From: Candidatus Saccharimonadota bacterium
Lineage (GTDB): Bacteria; Patescibacteriota; Saccharimonadia; Saccharimonadales; Saccharimonadaceae
Direction: 5' to 3'
DNA length: 32,000 nucleotides
Assembly: GCA_020160975.1 (NCBI GenBank)
Contig: JAIUPJ010000001.1
Location: forward strand, 450,001-482,000
Shown: piece after piece, positions 1-6,920 of the stretch
Layout of the letters: each line of letters opens with the position of its first letter
How positions within the stretch are numbered: position 1 is the stretch's first letter
Notes under the pieces: generated by a model
The model's database searches: none
The model's input: only the letters and a program-made list of their open reading frames with translations
What the model was told of the DNA's origin: nothing
Made by a program: the position numbers and the translations under genes

Positions 1-257
1 TTCATGAACTTTGCCTGATTACGAATATACCGTTCAGACTTCTCGCGCAGTTCGTCGGTCATGTCATACCGCTGCAGGCGTGCCCCAAACCAGAGAATCT
101 CGACGGGCTTGTTGTCGCTAAGGAGCTCTTCGAGCAGTCCGCGAAAATCAAAGGCCTGAATGATCTCACGTGCAGCGCGCTTTCCTTGCGCATCAGCAAG
201 AAGTGTCCGTATACCATACACGAGATTTTCGCCATCGATCAACACCACTCGTCTCAT
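1..257 (-). CDS. NYN/LabA-like domain protein, N-terminal 85 codons (gene runs off the window start)
   Basis: Absent from the ORF track because it has no stop inside the window. The reverse complement from the ATG at 257-255 reads MRRVVLIDGENLVYGIRTLLADAQGKRAAREIIQAFDF... A short hydrophobic strand followed by IDGENL is the usual opening of NYN-type domains. Family call is from motif memory only. Confidence 0.4.
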   Translation of the reverse strand, partial: MRRVVLIDGENLVYGIRTLLADAQGKRAAREIIQAFDFRGLLEELLSDNKPVEILWFGARLQRYDMTDELREKSERYIRNQAKFM

Positions 258-606
258 CTTTACATCATACAACAAAAGACCTCGCGAGGACCGAAATCCA
301 AGCGAGGTGCTGTACCTGTATTGTACCGTATCATAAACGATGCGTCAACATTGCAATAATCATTTGTCAATAGCAGTAGCGTTATATCTCTGTTATGCTT
401 CATCTCTTTGATGACAATAACACAACATAGGATAACGTCTACCCATAAGTATGAAAAATCATAGTTGACAATCTAATGATTTGCAATCATAAGAACTATC
501 CCTGCGCTGCCCTTTTCGTAGCGATCGAACTAGCTACTTGTGTGATGAATATCACAGACCATCAGAGTCGGCGGGGGTATACTAAGAAGCACAAAGGAGG
601 TGGAAG

Positions 607-708
607 ATGAATACAGATAATCAAGAAACCCCACCAGATAGCGGCGAAGTTCGGTCGTGTAATTGCTGCAAGTGTTGCACTTGCAATGACGGATGCGACT
701 GCAAATAG
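607..708 (+). CDS. 33-aa cysteine-rich micropeptide (metallothionein-like; function unknown)
   Basis: Too short for the ORF track. ATG at 607 is preceded by AAGGAGG with 6-nt spacing. It reads MNTDNQETPPDSGEVRSCNCCKCCTCNDGCDCK*, with 8 Cys in the last 16 residues. A strong hairpin terminator follows at 740-770. Confidence 0.5.
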   Translation: MNTDNQETPPDSGEVRSCNCCKCCTCNDGCDCK

Positions 709-739
709 TTCACTCTGCACTAGAGTGCACCCTCGCAAT

Positions 740-770
740 AATACACGGCCTACCTAGGTCGTGTATTTTT
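740..770. terminator. Bidirectional hairpin terminator between the micropeptide ORF (+) and the CYTH gene (-)
   Basis: AATACACG (740-747) pairs with CGTGTATT (760-767). There is an inner CCTAGG palindrome and a T-run at 766-770. It sits between convergent genes. Confidence 0.6.
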
Positions 771-778
771 ATGTATCG

Positions 779-1366
779 CTATAACGCCGCACCAAATTCC
801 TGCGGAACCGGGTCGTCAAACCGTACCAGCGGAATGTCGATAACGCCGCGCACGGACATAGCTGGATAGACCATTCGGTACACCACATCCACACCGCCAA
901 ATACCGCCTCATCCCAGCTGAATCCAAGTATTGCCGCGGCCTCGCGGATAGAGGCTTCGTTGTCACCCTCGATTTCTATATACGGAGGCATCCAGGGCCA
1001 TACATCGATCACCACCTCAACATCCCCAAGCTTCCAGGTTTCGCGACGCGACTCTTGGTAGGTGTGAAAAATCATGCCACTGGCTTCCAGTAGTGCCTTA
1101 GTAGCATCAAAATCATCCACGGTTGTTTCAATCTCGTTCGCCGCCTCGATGCCAGTTTTTAAATGCTGCTTGTAGGTAAGCGTCACTTTGTTTCCCTCAT
1201 CGCGTAGGCGCAAAAAAGCATCCTTTGCCGCCATGTCAGGAGTTTCCATCAGTGCACGGCGCATCAATCGCATCGGCTGCTCGCACACCGCGCCAGCAGC
1301 AAGCAGACGCTGCTGGATCGCATCAATAGTAATATTGATGAACTTTACTTCGATTTCCGTCTTCAT
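779..1366 (-). CDS. CYTH domain protein (triphosphate tunnel metalloenzyme / class IV adenylate cyclase family)
   Basis: 195-aa ORF. The N-terminal MKTEIEVKF carries the ExExK signature of CYTH domains. Length and alternating beta-strand pattern fit the family. Confidence 0.8.
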   Translation of the reverse strand: MKTEIEVKFINITIDAIQQRLLAAGAVCEQPMRLMRRALMETPDMAAKDAFLRLRDEGNKVTLTYKQHLKTGIEAANEIETTVDDFDATKALLEASGMIFHTYQESRRETWKLGDVEVVIDVWPWMPPYIEIEGDNEASIREAAAILGFSWDEAVFGGVDVVYRMVYPAMSVRGVIDIPLVRFDDPVPQEFGAAL

Positions 1367-1369
1367 ATA

Positions 1370-2416
1370 CTATTTGTCATCGTTCTCGGCTGGCTCGTTC
1401 TCGGTGCCATCACTCGTTTCTTTGAGCTTTGCCTCGGCGTTACCGGCATTGACTTCGTAACTCGTGTTAGTACTTTCAAAGAAGTTAACCAGCTCATAAG
1501 TATCATTGGCCGTCGCCATCCATTTTGCAGGATTAGAGACATTGTAGTGCGGCTCAAATCCGAGCTCCTCGAGACGGCGGTCGGTTAAGTACTTCACATA
1601 CTGGTTAATGTAGTCAGCGTTGAGGCCCAGAATACCATTTGGCAGCAATGCACGGTTATACTCTTCCTCCATCGCCACGCCGTCAAGAATCATTTGCTTA
1701 ATCTCCGCGGCAAATTCCTCATCTTGCAAATCTTCGTTTTCTTCGATCGTAGTCAAAATCAGGTTGATGCCGAACTTGAGATGGAGCGACTCGTCACGCA
1801 CGATCCAGTCAATCAAGCTGCCGAAGTTACGTAACAGATTTCGTTGTCGGAAACTGAGCGCAACCATAAAGCCACTATAGAACCAGATGCCTTCAAGAAT
1901 AATATTGTACGCAACCAAGTTACGGATGAAGTCTTTTTTGCCATCAGTCGTGGTGATGTCCATCGTGTCTTCTGTCATGCGACGGATAAATTTGGTCTCA
2001 AACTCTTCCTTTTTTGCCATTACCGCTTCGTCAACATGCGCCGAATACGCTTTTTCGCGGTCGATCGGGAAAGTATCGAGCACATACTCAAACGCCATAC
2101 AGTGGTTTGCCTCTTCCCACATTTGCTTGGCAAGATAGAGATGGCATTCTGCCGCGTTCACATAGGGGTAGACACCAAAGGCCAGTGCCTTGTTCACTAG
2201 CAGCTCGTTTGGGTTGAAGTAGCTCATGAGGAACGTCACGGCGTGTCGCTCTTCATCGCTCATTTTTTCCCAGTCAGCCAGATCCTGCGCTAATTGAATT
2301 TCATTGGGAAACCACGTGTTTGCGACCGCCTGGTCATACAGATCCATAGCCCATTGATAGTGAATCGGCTTGAGTAGCAAACCGTCTTGAATTCCTGCAC
2401 CTAAGATTTTCCCCAT
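1370..2416 (-). CDS. nrdB: Ribonucleoside-diphosphate reductase beta subunit (R2), class Ic-like metal/radical site
   Basis: 348-aa ferritin-like R2 with two ExxH motifs (EEANH, RDESLH) and ILEGIWFYSGF. Strong RBS AGGAGGGG lies upstream of the ATG at 2416. It is downstream of nrdA on the same strand. Confidence 0.9.
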   Translation of the reverse strand: MGKILGAGIQDGLLLKPIHYQWAMDLYDQAVANTWFPNEIQLAQDLADWEKMSDEERHAVTFLMSYFNPNELLVNKALAFGVYPYVNAAECHLYLAKQMWEEANHCMAFEYVLDTFPIDREKAYSAHVDEAVMAKKEEFETKFIRRMTEDTMDITTTDGKKDFIRNLVAYNIILEGIWFYSGFMVALSFRQRNLLRNFGSLIDWIVRDESLHLKFGINLILTTIEENEDLQDEEFAAEIKQMILDGVAMEEEYNRALLPNGILGLNADYINQYVKYLTDRRLEELGFEPHYNVSNPAKWMATANDTYELVNFFESTNTSYEVNAGNAEAKLKETSDGTENEPAENDDK

Positions 2417-2491
2417 AATCCCCTCCTATTGTTATCTCACTCTTGTCTTTACTGTAGCAATGTTGCCCAAGTATTTGCGAGCATAAGCAGG

Positions 2492-2767
2492 TTACGCTAC
2501 CCGTCTCTTCGGAACGTTCGCACCAATTCCACCCATATCAACACCAAACTCATCGTCAATCTGTGCATACTGGTGGAATTTCTTTCCAAGGAGAGCTATT
2601 CGTTCTCGGTAATTCTGTTCGTCGCCAAGTCGCTCCTCTCCCCCCACAACTGGCAGCCCAGCGGCATCAATCGTGCGGACGGGCAATCGTTTCCCTTCGT
2701 CGCCCACATGAACGAACTGACCAATCTTTGGCACTTCTTCGATACTCTTTGGTCGCATTACTGGCAT
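2492..2767 (-). CDS. Hypothetical 88-91-aa protein inside the nrd operon (no Cys)
   Basis: ORF-track 91 aa (MPVMRPKSIEEVPKIGQFVHVGDEGKRLPV...). The more likely start is the second ATG (2758-2756), which overlaps the upstream stop as TAATG and suggests translational coupling. No family recognised. Confidence 0.4.
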   Translation of the reverse strand: MPVMRPKSIEEVPKIGQFVHVGDEGKRLPVRTIDAAGLPVVGGEERLGDEQNYRERIALLGKKFHQYAQIDDEFGVDMGGIGANVPKRRVA

Positions 2768-2931
2768 CCCTCACACATCGTGAGATCTGCTGGATCGATT
2801 GGCGCGGTTGCCACACCTCGCGAGCGGGCCTCAGCATCGGCTGTCGCCTGCACTTCTTTCATCGCTAAATCAATTGCCGCTAGTTTTTCTTCGAGTGTCA
2901 TTTCATCATTTAGGATTGCGCTTGCGTTCAT
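2758..2931 (-). CDS. 57-aa protein ending in a C-terminal CxxC (..PADLTMCEGCQ)
   Basis: Too short for the ORF track. ATG at 2931-2929 is preceded by GGGGGA. It reads MNASAILNDEMTLEEKLAAIDLAMKEVQATADAEARSRGVATAPIDPADLTMCEGCQ*. Its stop overlaps the start of the next ORF. Confidence 0.45.
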   Translation of the reverse strand: MNASAILNDEMTLEEKLAAIDLAMKEVQATADAEARSRGVATAPIDPADLTMCEGCQ

Positions 2932-2945
2932 GTTGGTCCCCCTTA

Positions 2946-3026
2946 TTATTTATCATCTGTTAGATTTACGTTACATTCGCTGCAGTTCATACAGCACTCA
3001 CAGCTACAGTTGCATTTCTTATCCAT
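2946..3026 (-). CDS. 26-aa cysteine-rich micropeptide directly downstream of nrdA
   Basis: ATG at 3026-3024 lies 11 nt after the nrdA stop (3038-3040), with GGAG 7 nt upstream. It reads MDKKCNCSCECCMNCSECNVNLTDDK*, with 7 Cys in 26 aa. It has the same CNC-type Cys spacing as the 607-708 peptide. Confidence 0.4.
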   Translation of the reverse strand: MDKKCNCSCECCMNCSECNVNLTDDK

Positions 3027-3037
3027 CTGTCATCTCC

Positions 3038-5446
3038 TTATACTGCCTGTTTCTTGGCAAAGCCGAAGCCGACTTTTTTGCCGCTTGTCTTGGCGATTTC
3101 GTCTGATTTATTGACTTTCACCGTACTCTGCTCTGCCTGATGCCGTGGCTTCATGTGGAGATAGTACGTTGTCTTGAGGCCGCGCTTCCATGCCTCCATG
3201 TAGACTTTTTCCATGTCGTCGATACTACGCGTGTCGAGATACATATTGCGGCTAATTGCCTGATCAACCCATTTTTGCGCCCTGGCCGCAACTTCGATAA
3301 AGGCAAATGGCGAGAGCTGGAAACACGTCTTGTACACATCTTTTAGCTCCTGTGGCACCGCGGCAATATTCGTCAGGTCGCCCTGCTCAATTAGCAGCTG
3401 CTCTTTTACTTCGTCCCAGATGCCAAGATTTTTCAGGTCGCGCACGAGATTGGTGTTGACCTCGAGGAATTTGCCATTCAACGTACTGCGACTAAAGATC
3501 TGCCCAAATTGCGGATCGATACCTGGCGTGGTGCCGGCCACATGAGCGATATTCGCTGTTGGCGCCACCGCCATCAGTGTGGCATTGCGCATTCCCTTAG
3601 TGGTTTTCTTGCGCAGCTTTTCCCAGTCAAGACGCTTCTTTCGCGTCACATCAACTGACACGCCGCGATCGATCTCCAGCAAGTCAACCGTATCAATTGG
3701 CAATTCGCCCTTGCTCCAGCCACTTCCCTTAAAGTCAGGATAGCTGCCGCGAGTCTTGGCTAGATCAGCCGACTCGTCGATCGCATAGTAACTAATAAAT
3801 TCTGCCAGGCGATCCATCGTATCGTACGCTTCCTCGCTTTCATAGCTATGGCCAAGTTTTTCGATGATGTCGGTGAAGCCCATGATGCCGAGGCCAAGCG
3901 CCCGCGTAGTGTTGATCGAATTCATCGCCTCGGGAATTGGCGTGTCGGTGATGTCGCATAGGTTGTCGAGCTGACGAATCGCACTCCTTGTGGCCGCTTC
4001 GAGTCGCTTCCAGTCCCATTCTTTGGTCTCGGTATCAAGGAACGAGCTGAGGTTGATACTAACCAGATTACACACAGCGATGTTCTTCTCATCCTGCGGC
4101 AAGGTGATCTCGGTGCAGAGGTTGCTCAGGTGGATAGTGCTGACATTGTTGTTGAGCGCGCGAACATTGATGGTATCCTTCCATGTCAGCCACGGATGAC
4201 TCGTCGCCTGTAGCTGCGTCAACATTTCGCGGTAGAGTTGCCGCGCGGGTAATTTCTTAAACGCGCGCAGCTTCCCGGCTTCAGCCATTCCAACATACTC
4301 GTTATAGCGCTTGGCGAAGTCTTCACCGTAGAGATCAGGTAGGTCAGCTACTTCGGCTGGGTCAAACAAATACCAATCCGTCTCAGCAGCCACACGTCGC
4401 ATAAACTCATCGCTGATAAACACGGCTGTATTAGCAAAGCGCGTACGGAAGTACGGGTCGCCAGAGTTTTGACGAAGCTCGAGAAACTGCGGAAAGTTAA
4501 GGTGCCAGTTCTCCATGTAGAGCGCAGCGGCGCCAGCTTTTTTGCCCTTTCGACTGACGGCAAACAGCGCCGTGTCAATCATTTTCATAAATGGCAGCGG
4601 GCCCGTGCTGACTGTATTTGTTGTCTTAACAGGGCTGCCCATGGCGCGGAGCTTATTCATACTGATACCGATACCGCCCGTACCCTTGGCAATCCACATC
4701 ACATCACGAACGGATTTCGCGATTGATTCCATGTCGTCTTGCACTTCTATCACAAAACAGTTGCTCAGCTGCGGGAACGAACCCCCGGCATTGACCCGCG
4801 TACTGCCACCCGGCAAGTAATCAAGACTGCTCATGTGCTTGTAGAAGTCCAGTGCCGCGCCAGTGGGGTCTTTTTCGTTAAAACTCAGTCCCATGGCGAT
4901 ACGCATGTGGGTGAACTGTGGCGTCTCAAATGGATCGCCGTTTTGTTTGCGCAGTGCGTAGCGATTTTTGTTAGTGATTACTCCTAGATACTTACTGAGG
5001 CCGTCTCGGCTCGGATCGAGTGCAGCCGCCAATTTCTTGATGTCGAAGACCTTTGGGTTAGCCATGCGCTTGTCGAGCAAACCTTCTTTGACGCCAAATT
5101 TCAGGTACTCCGCAAATTTCTTTTCATGCAATTTCTTCAGCTCTTCATCCGTTTCGTAATCACCAAGAATGTTCTTATAAATATTCTTGAGAAGCAATCT
5201 CGCTGCGATGGTATCGAAATCCGGATCATCTTTGACGTTCTGTAGCGCCGTATGAATCACCGCCTCATCAAGCTCCTCGCTGGTGATGCCGTCAAACAAT
5301 GTCAGTTGTAGCTCGGTCGCGACTTGCACGACTTTTTGGATCTGATCTGGCAAGCCTTCACTGGCCCTCACAAGAGCCAGATTGATCTTGTTGGCGTCAA
5401 ATGGTTCGCGGGTGCCGTCGCGTTTTACCACATAGATATCGCTCAT
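3038..5446 (-). CDS. nrdA: Ribonucleoside-diphosphate reductase alpha subunit (R1) with N-terminal ATP-cone
   Basis: 802 aa. ATP-cone opening VVKRDGTREPFDANKI. Active-site motifs LSNCFVIEV, SNLCTEITLP and CNLVSINL. The C-terminal tail has no Cys pair (see findings). Confidence 0.95.
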   Translation of the reverse strand: MSDIYVVKRDGTREPFDANKINLALVRASEGLPDQIQKVVQVATELQLTLFDGITSEELDEAVIHTALQNVKDDPDFDTIAARLLLKNIYKNILGDYETDEELKKLHEKKFAEYLKFGVKEGLLDKRMANPKVFDIKKLAAALDPSRDGLSKYLGVITNKNRYALRKQNGDPFETPQFTHMRIAMGLSFNEKDPTGAALDFYKHMSSLDYLPGGSTRVNAGGSFPQLSNCFVIEVQDDMESIAKSVRDVMWIAKGTGGIGISMNKLRAMGSPVKTTNTVSTGPLPFMKMIDTALFAVSRKGKKAGAAALYMENWHLNFPQFLELRQNSGDPYFRTRFANTAVFISDEFMRRVAAETDWYLFDPAEVADLPDLYGEDFAKRYNEYVGMAEAGKLRAFKKLPARQLYREMLTQLQATSHPWLTWKDTINVRALNNNVSTIHLSNLCTEITLPQDEKNIAVCNLVSINLSSFLDTETKEWDWKRLEAATRSAIRQLDNLCDITDTPIPEAMNSINTTRALGLGIMGFTDIIEKLGHSYESEEAYDTMDRLAEFISYYAIDESADLAKTRGSYPDFKGSGWSKGELPIDTVDLLEIDRGVSVDVTRKKRLDWEKLRKKTTKGMRNATLMAVAPTANIAHVAGTTPGIDPQFGQIFSRSTLNGKFLEVNTNLVRDLKNLGIWDEVKEQLLIEQGDLTNIAAVPQELKDVYKTCFQLSPFAFIEVAARAQKWVDQAISRNMYLDTRSIDDMEKVYMEAWKRGLKTTYYLHMKPRHQAEQSTVKVNKSDEIAKTSGKKVGFGFAKKQAV

Positions 5447-5579
5447 AAATCCTATTCCTTTTTGTTATAGTTGCCTTATTCGACACAACACCTCCCCAGG
5501 TTCATGCAAGAAAAATCGTCCACTAGCGTGGCGAACTAGTTACAAAACCTCCTTGCAAATGTGTCTATTTGTTTGAACT

Positions 5580-5633
5580 ACTACATATGTAGTGTCTGCA
5601 CATGACTATAAGCGCTATATATAGCTATTTCAA
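5580..5633 (-). promoter_or_regulatory. nrdA promoter with two NrdR-box-like palindromes
   Basis: On the minus strand: -35 TTGAAA (rc of 5628-5633), a 17-nt spacer, and -10 TATAGT (rc of 5605-5610). Palindrome GCTATATATAGC (5614-5625) fills the spacer. Palindrome ACTACATATGTAGT (5580-5593) sits just downstream of the -10. Centres are 33 bp apart. Both resemble the NrdR box consensus acaCwAtATaTwGtgt. Confidence 0.6.
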
Positions 5634-5721
5634 GTCATTTTTTTCATTTTGGTCATGTTTTTTTCACCACACATCTTTTCACCTCTTGTGAAGACTATCT
5701 AGCGCTGATTGTAACTTTTAC

Positions 5722-5739
5722 TACGCTATATATAGCGTA
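5722..5739. promoter_or_regulatory. 18-bp perfect palindrome TACGCTATATATAGCGTA (third NrdR-box-like site)
   Basis: Perfect inverted repeat with the same CTATATATAG core as the 5614-5625 box. It lies about 85 bp upstream of the + ORF at 5822. Confidence 0.35.
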
Positions 5740-5821
5740 TATATTATTTATGGTTGTCCAAACTTAGACAAACTCTCTTAATGAACTTCAACGGCAATAT
5801 CTGGCACACGAAGGAGCTACA

Positions 5822-6100
5822 ATGAACCCATGGCTTGCCGCGTACCTTGGCGCGCACATAACCGCAACGATCGCCGTCCTGACAGCATGGAACTACTACC
5901 TGGCAACCTCAAAGTTGCATCCCACTAGGCCTGGTCGATCGCTCTGGAGGTTCGTCGCAGTAGTACTCACACCAGTCTTCCTCGTGGCCACTATCGGCTT
6001 CCTCTGGGCTCTCAATCTTTTCTTCGAGATCTGGGACAAGGGAGTCAAGAACGGCTTTCGGGCGAACAGAAATGAAATGCGACGTGCTATGCGCCTTTAG
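5822..6100 (+). CDS. Small membrane protein, two predicted TM helices
   Basis: 92-aa ORF. RBS GAAGGAG lies 5 nt upstream. Two hydrophobic stretches (AAYLGAHITATIAVLTAW, FVAVVLTPVFLVATIGFLWAL). A structured terminator follows. Confidence 0.5.
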   Translation: MNPWLAAYLGAHITATIAVLTAWNYYLATSKLHPTRPGRSLWRFVAVVLTPVFLVATIGFLWALNLFFEIWDKGVKNGFRANRNEMRRAMRL

Positions 6101-6180
6101 GCTCACCTCGGAAACAGACTCGCCGATGAGGTTCAATTCTCATCAGCTTGAGCTCCGTCGGTGAGCCTGTTTCTTTTCTC
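6099..6180 (+). terminator. Multi-stem hairpin terminator
   Basis: Outer stem AGGCTCACC (6099-6107) pairs with GGTGAGCCT (6160-6168). Inner hairpin GATGAG/CTCATC. Followed by GTTTCTTTTCTC. Confidence 0.45.
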
Positions 6181-6209
6181 CCCACAGAAATTTCTAATAG
6201 CAAGAATAG

Positions 6210-6229
6210 CAAGGGTGCAACCCTTAACA
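6210..6229. repeat. REP-like hairpin, left copy
   Basis: GCAAGGGTGCAACCCTTAAC; 6-bp stem AAGGGT/ACCCTT. Confidence 0.75.
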
Positions 6230-6240
6230 GATGAGATAAC

Positions 6241-6849
6241 TTATCTATTTGATAGTAAGCCTACTAATTCAGATGCAACTTTTCTTATGTTTTTATCTGC
6301 ATACTCAGCAACAAACTGCCGATATTGCTCGGGTCTCATCTCACCCGCCAAATCATTGCGCACCCAATCATTGTCTCCGGAGCCCACATAGTCTCGATAA
6401 CTTGACCATCTATACGTTTCATACTTCTGTGGATTCAGATGTATGTATCGAGTGATATGCGCCAGATACGCTTCGTTGTATATCCACGATGCTCGATATT
6501 GACTCTGGAACACATGCCCCTTAGACCGATATTTTTTGTTGTAATACATTGAATACCGCGTGGACACAGATTTCATGTAGCCCTGCATTGCCTGCTCATC
6601 CATCTCTTGATACAACAACAGATGAAAGTGTGTGCCCATCAGACAATACGAAACAATTTCAACATCATACTTTGGATACTCCCGCCCTTTCTCTGCTGAT
6701 TCACAGCTGCTCATATGCTCCTGGATAAGTGTCAAAAAGTATTCACGATCCTCGCTATCGCCAAACAGCTTTCTTTCTCCCGATGCACGATTATATACAT
6801 GATAAAAAGCCGGTGCTCTATATTGCTTTACGACATGCTTTGTTGGCAT
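6241..6849 (-). CDS. REP-associated tyrosine transposase (RayT; IS200/IS605-like Y1 HUH family)
   Basis: 202 aa. N-terminal YHVYNRASGERKLF, HUH motif in CLMGTHFHLLLYQ, and the catalytic-Tyr helix AHITRYIHLNPQK. Confidence 0.8.
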   Translation of the reverse strand: MPTKHVVKQYRAPAFYHVYNRASGERKLFGDSEDREYFLTLIQEHMSSCESAEKGREYPKYDVEIVSYCLMGTHFHLLLYQEMDEQAMQGYMKSVSTRYSMYYNKKYRSKGHVFQSQYRASWIYNEAYLAHITRYIHLNPQKYETYRWSSYRDYVGSGDNDWVRNDLAGEMRPEQYRQFVAEYADKNIRKVASELVGLLSNR

Positions 6850-6879
6850 GAAATCATAATATGCTAAGTTATATCATCC

Positions 6880-6899
6880 GTTAAGGGTTGCACCCTTGC
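6880..6899. repeat. REP-like hairpin, right copy (inverted)
   Basis: GTTAAGGGTTGCACCCTTGC, the exact reverse complement of 6210-6229. Confidence 0.75.
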
Positions 6900-6920
6900 A
6901 TATTGTATAATGGTGAAAGT

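Larger units (their letters stand above)
6210..6899 (-). mobile_element. RayT/TnpA-REP unit: tyrosine HUH transposase gene flanked by inverted REP-like hairpins
   Basis: An identical 20-mer GCAAGGGTGCAACCCTTAAC occurs at 6210-6229 and as its reverse complement at 6880-6899. Each copy is itself a hairpin (AAGGGT-GCA-ACCCTT). The two bracket the transposase ORF. Confidence 0.7.

Noticed and set aside
2429-3106. 225-aa plus-strand ORF spanning the nrdB-nrdA intergenic ORFs
   Set aside because: It is antisense to three RBS-equipped small ORFs that are coupled to the nrd operon. Its product is Ser/Ile/Leu-rich with no motif, its start is a non-ATG codon, and it would overlap the nrdA 3' end.
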